A DNA stretch of 64,000 bases from the NCBI RefSeq assembly GCF_009914755.1, contig NC_060947.1; one strand, written 5' to 3'. Below the pieces are notes generated by a model. The model did no database searches. It worked only from the letters and a program-made list of their open reading frames with translations, and was not told where the DNA came from. The first letter of the stretch is position 1, and every line of letters starts with the position of its first letter. Of this stretch, positions 59,057-64,000 are shown in pieces. This stretch comes from the human T2T-CHM13v2.0 reference genome, Homo sapiens. Both the position numbers and the translations under genes were made by a program.

Positions 59057-60083
59057 TGTTGCGGGAAGTCAGGGACCTCGAACAGAGGGACTGGCTGGAG
59101 CCGTGGCAGAGGAACATAAATTGTGAAGATTTCATGGACATTTATCAATTCCCAAATAATACTCATAATTTTTTACGCCTGTCTTACTTTAATCTCCTAA
59201 TCCTGTTATATTCATAAGCTAAGGATGTACATCACCTCAGGACCACTATTGTGTTAATGGTACAAATTGATTGTAAAATGTGTGTTTGAAGAATATGAAA
59301 TCAGTGCACCTTGAAAAAGAACAGAATAACAGCAATTTTCAGGGAACAAGGGAAGACAACCATAAGGTCTGACTGCCTGTGGGGTCAGGCAAAAGAGAGC
59401 CATATTTTTCTTCTTGCAGACAGCCTATAAACAGACGTGCAAGTAGGGATTATATCGCTAAATTCTTTTCCTAGCAAGAAATATTAATAATTAATACCCT
59501 GGGGAAGGAATGCATTCCTTGGGGGAGGTCTATAAACAGCTGCTCTGGGAGTGTCTGTCTTATGCAGTTGAGATAAGGACTGAAATACACCCTGGTCTCC
59601 TGCAGTACCCTCAGGCTTACTAGGGTAGGGAAAAACCCCGCCCCGGTAAATTTGAGGTCAGACCGGTTCTCTGCTCTCGAACCCTGTTTTCTGTTGTTTA
59701 AGATGTTTATCAAGACAATACGTGCACCGCTGAACATAGACCCTTAACAGTAATTCCGCTTTTGCCCTTTGCCTTGTGATCTTTGCTTTTGCCCTTTGTC
59801 TTGTGATCTTTGTTCTCCTTTTTGCCCTTTGAAGCATGTGATCTTGTGACCTACTCCCTGTTCTTGCACACCCTCTCCTTTTAAAATCCTTAATAAAAAC
59901 TTGCTGGTTTTGCAGCTCAGGTGGGCATCATGGTCCTACCGAAATGTGATGTCACCCCTGGAGGCCCAGCTGTAAAATTCCTCCTTTTGTACTCTTTCTC
60001 TTTATTTCTCAGCCAGCTGACACTTACTTATGAAAAATAGAAAAAAACCTATGTTGAAATATTGGGGGCTGCTTCCCCTGATA
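59057..60083 (+). mobile_element. MER11A-like solo LTR (HERV-K/HML-8)
   Basis: tgttgcgggaagtcagggacc...gaacataaattgtgaagatttcatggac...; AATAAA at 59892; end gggggctgcttcccctgata; flanking gttcaat duplicated. Confidence 0.92.
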
Positions 60084-60240
60084 GTTCAATCTCCTTTCCC
60101 TTTATCAAAATTAAAATGCTTTGATGAGTTCACATTTTAGTGGGAGAGATAAAAATGTAAACACAATTACAAAAGATAAATAGATGCAATTTTAAGAGCA
60201 CTGAAAATAGATCGTTCACTTTTTGTGTGTGCATTGTGGG

Positions 60241-60549
<309 letters not shown>

Positions 60550-62599
60550 TGTTTACCTTTCATTGGAGAACAACATAAACAAATGCATGGTAGCAGGGAA
60601 GTATGGGTGGCGTTCTATTTAACAGTGGATCGGAATGCAGGAATTGGGGGAAAAAAGAGGAAGAATCAGAAGAAATAGAACATTATGAAAAATAGTATAG
60701 ACATGATACTTTTAGGGAAATGGTTAAAAAAATACAAAAGTTGTAAGTATGCTTCATGATCTCAATGTAGCATACTACTCTTTGTTTCATACTACTTGTA
60801 CTACCAACCTTCAGTGAAAGCTCAGAATCACCAGTTCCAGTCAGTGCACAAACTTTATCAAGATTATATATGAAGGACCTCACTTGATGCACAGTTACCT
60901 CATTTACTTTATATGGTAAAGGTAAGCCTCATTTAGCCTTTAGCTTTATAAAATATGCCAGATGATGGATTATGCTTGACTGTTATTCATATTTATGTGA
61001 TTGTAACAAAGTACAATGTAGTTAAAATTTCCAGGGAATGTATTCAAGTCATCTCTGGTCCTTCAGGTTTTAGAAAAAAAATAATTATTGCCCCTACTTA
61101 ATCTAACACTTAGTGAGAAAAAAATAATAAAGTTTAATTTCATTTGAACTCATCTGATTAAGTTTCTATGGGAAAGGGGAAGAACTAAACGGCCACAAAC
61201 TTTTTTCTTTTCATGATGAAATTATTTGATGGTAGTATGGCTCAAATTAGCACCAAAGCATATATGTTGACTTGTTTTCAATTGCCAGTGCTGAGAATTA
61301 GTTGTTTACAAAGACCATTACTTGTCAATTCATTTGACTCAGCCAAGCTTAACAATGCAGTAAGAATGTGGGTGCTGTTATGAGAATAGAAGTATCATTT
61401 CATTGCTTTGAGAATCTTGTTATATCTATGAGACAGGTTACTTTTGATTTAAAATAGCATCAGTCTAGTTGCTTTAGTAAATTATCTCACAACCTTGCAC
61501 TAAATTACTGATAGGTTGCAATAAAAGTTCATATCATTAAAAATTAAGACCAAAAACCTAATATTAAAATGTGAGTAAAATAAAAGTGGATCTCATAGCA
61601 TAACCAGGACTTGGATCATAAAACAGAGTCTGCCTAATTAATAGTACATAAGATGGTTTGACCTTCTTCTACTGTCATTGCCCTGACTCTGCACAAGGAT
61701 GTGTCAAGTAAGATATTGAAAGAGACCTGACTACTGTTCATCTTTACCTCCATTCATCACTTTTCTCTATCTATTTGCAGATAAAAAAGTCCAAGAAAGC
61801 AATAAAAACAACTGTGTAGAATGTGTGTTAGCATGTGTGTATGTGGTACATTGTTGTCAGTGTATTGTATCCTGAAAGATACAGCTCTTACAAGTGTTCT
61901 AGGCCAGGGTAAAGACTGAGATTACTCTGGTAGTGGTGTTTGCTGGAAATTATGTTTTTGATATGCTCCATCTTTTCACAGTATCAGAAAACCAGGTGCT
62001 GGAATACAAGAAAATGCAACCCTCATGGAGAAAATTTGCAGTGCTAAAAACTGGGAAATAGACTGGGAACTGTGTACACACAACTGCTTTCCAGCTGTAG
62101 CTTTAATAAGAGGAATAAACCATGACCCATGTGATAGAGTGAAGGTAGAAATAATCAATGTACTCTATTTGTGAACAATCATCATGTCTCAGCAGATTTT
62201 ATTTCAGTAGTAGATGAGTAATAAAAATATATTTAAAAAATAACTTTTACATTACTGAATTTCTTGAATCTTTCTTGCAGTATTTTTAAATCAATATTAA
62301 TATTTAATACTAATCTTTCAATATTTAATATCTTTATCAAATCTATAAAACATTGTAGTTTTTGAAGGTTCTTTCCAGTAAAATAAGGCCAGAAAAAGAA
62401 ATGAAATCATTAAGACTGAAAGTAAAACACAAAATGTCATTATTTACAGACATTATTATATAATATTAATATTAAATATCATTTATATTTTATTAATATT
62501 AAATTATTAAATATTATTTAATATTAACCTTAAATATAAAATATTGATAAAATATTGATGAAAAATGTATTTCAGGAAAAACTTTTTTATTTCTTTCAG

Positions 62600-64000
62600 G
62601 AAAAACTTTTTATTCCTTTCATGTCAGTTGCTAATTTTTGTTTTTAGAAGAATTTGCCCATTTTGCTTGAATTCTCATATTCATTGGCATTCATTTGTTA
62701 ATAAGTTTTTAAAATATTTATAATAATGATACTGATATCCCCTTTCTTTTTTTATAGTAATTTGTTCTTGCCTTTTTTTCTCTTTGGTGCTTATAAGGTG
62801 CTAATCAATTTTATTTGTATTGCAAAATGACTGATTTGTTTAAATTATGTCTACTGTATATTTGTTTTCCATTTCAATAAATTCTGTCTGTATTTTTCTA
62901 CATTAAAAAAACTAAGTTGCTGTGTTTTTTCCATTCTCTTGAGATGTATGCTATAATAATTGATATGCAACTGTTTTCAATTTCTATATGCTTTTAAGCC
63001 TGTAACTTTCCCCAAAATTTCAGCTGCAGCTCCGTCAAAGTAATATATAAAATTTTTATTGTCATTAAGGCAAATATATTTCTGAATATTATTGCAACAT
63101 ATTCTTCTTGGGGGGTACTTTTATTTATTTTTCTATTGATACATATTAGATGTACATATTTTCGGGGTATGTGGGATAATTTGATACTTTTGTAAAATCG
63201 AATTATGATAATTGGAATATCTATCACCTTAATTATTTATCTTTCTTTATGCTAGAGACACAAATTATTCTCTTCTATCTATTTTGAAATGTACAACTGT
63301 TTAATGTCAACTATAGTCAACTTACTGATCTATCAATGGAGAAAGGGCAGTCTCTTCAACAAATGGTGTTGGAAAAACTGAATAACCATATGCAGAAGAA
63401 TGAAGCTGAACCCGTAACTCTCACCATAAACAAAAATCAGATCAGAACAGTTTAAAGACAAATCTAAGAAAATAAATTAGGAAACTACTAGAAGAATACA
63501 TTGTGGAAACACTCCAGGACATTGGTCTGACAAATGTTTTATGTGTAAGACATTCTCCAAACCACAGACAATGAAAGCAAAAATGGACGAATGTGACTGA
63601 TTCAAGCTGAAAAGCTTCTGTGCAGCAAAGGAAACAACAAAGTGCAGTATATTCTTCACCTCATGGTTATTTAAATGTGCAAAGCATATTTTCAAACATT
63701 TGGAGATGTTCTTGTTATATTTTAGTTATTGAGCTCTAGTTTAAACCCCCAGAGAATAGAGCACACAGTTTGTAATATTTCTGTCTTTAGAAATTTATCA
63801 AGTTTCTATTGTCCATGTCTTCTTGAAAATAATGTGCATTGTGCAGTTATTGGTTGTAGAGTTCAACATGTGGTAAATAGGTCGATATCCTTAATAATTT
63901 TCTTTGGCTCTTCTATAACCATCCTGATTTTTGCATGCTTGTTCCAACAGTTTTTGGGGATGGGTTGAGTTACTTTTCTTGTTTTATTTTGTCAAATACT
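62600..64000 (-). mobile_element. Highly decayed ancient L1M (L1ME-like) ORF2 relic, interrupted by a younger L1MA
   Basis: tttagaagaatttgcccattt, gcttttaagcctgtaactttccc and aataatgtgcattgtgcagttattggttgtagagttc resemble antisense EN-region text. Confidence 0.55.
63108..63642 (-). mobile_element. L1MA4/5-like insertion with a 5' inversion (3'UTR on - at 63108-63336; ORF2 piece on + at 63334-63642)
   Basis: Antisense 3'UTR followed by sense ggagaaagggcagtctcttcaacaaatgg...aaaagcttctgtgcagcaaagg; TSD tgca(ac/gt)atattcttc at 63093-63107 and 63643-63657. Confidence 0.82.

Overview
Gene-poor, AT-rich catarrhine-primate DNA, probably human or ape (AluY, AluS, THE1A and MER11A are all present). 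By my rough tally about two-thirds of the window is LINE-1, spanning old L1M/L1MB/L1MA, L1PB and L1PA copies. The rest includes 6 Alus, MaLR and ERVK LTRs (THE1A, MSTA, MER11A), DNA transposons (Tigger3b, MER30B, MER102), L2/MIR relics and microsatellites. I cannot support any protein-coding gene, RNA gene or new biological system: the recognisable ORFs in the track are decayed L1, MaLR or Alu fragments, and the others match nothing I know. The real interest is mechanistic. There is a full-length L1 nested in another full-length L1, a probable L1 3' transduction carrying an L2 relic, two twin-primed inverted L1s, an L1 endonuclease fragment captured inside an L1 5'UTR, an apparently older L1 nested in a younger one, and a local inverted duplication around a Z-DNA tract. 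There are also a few speculative + strand exon candidates. Subfamily names come from by-eye comparison with remembered consensus sequences and need Dfam/RepeatMasker confirmation. Boundaries without a target-site duplication (TSD) are approximate.
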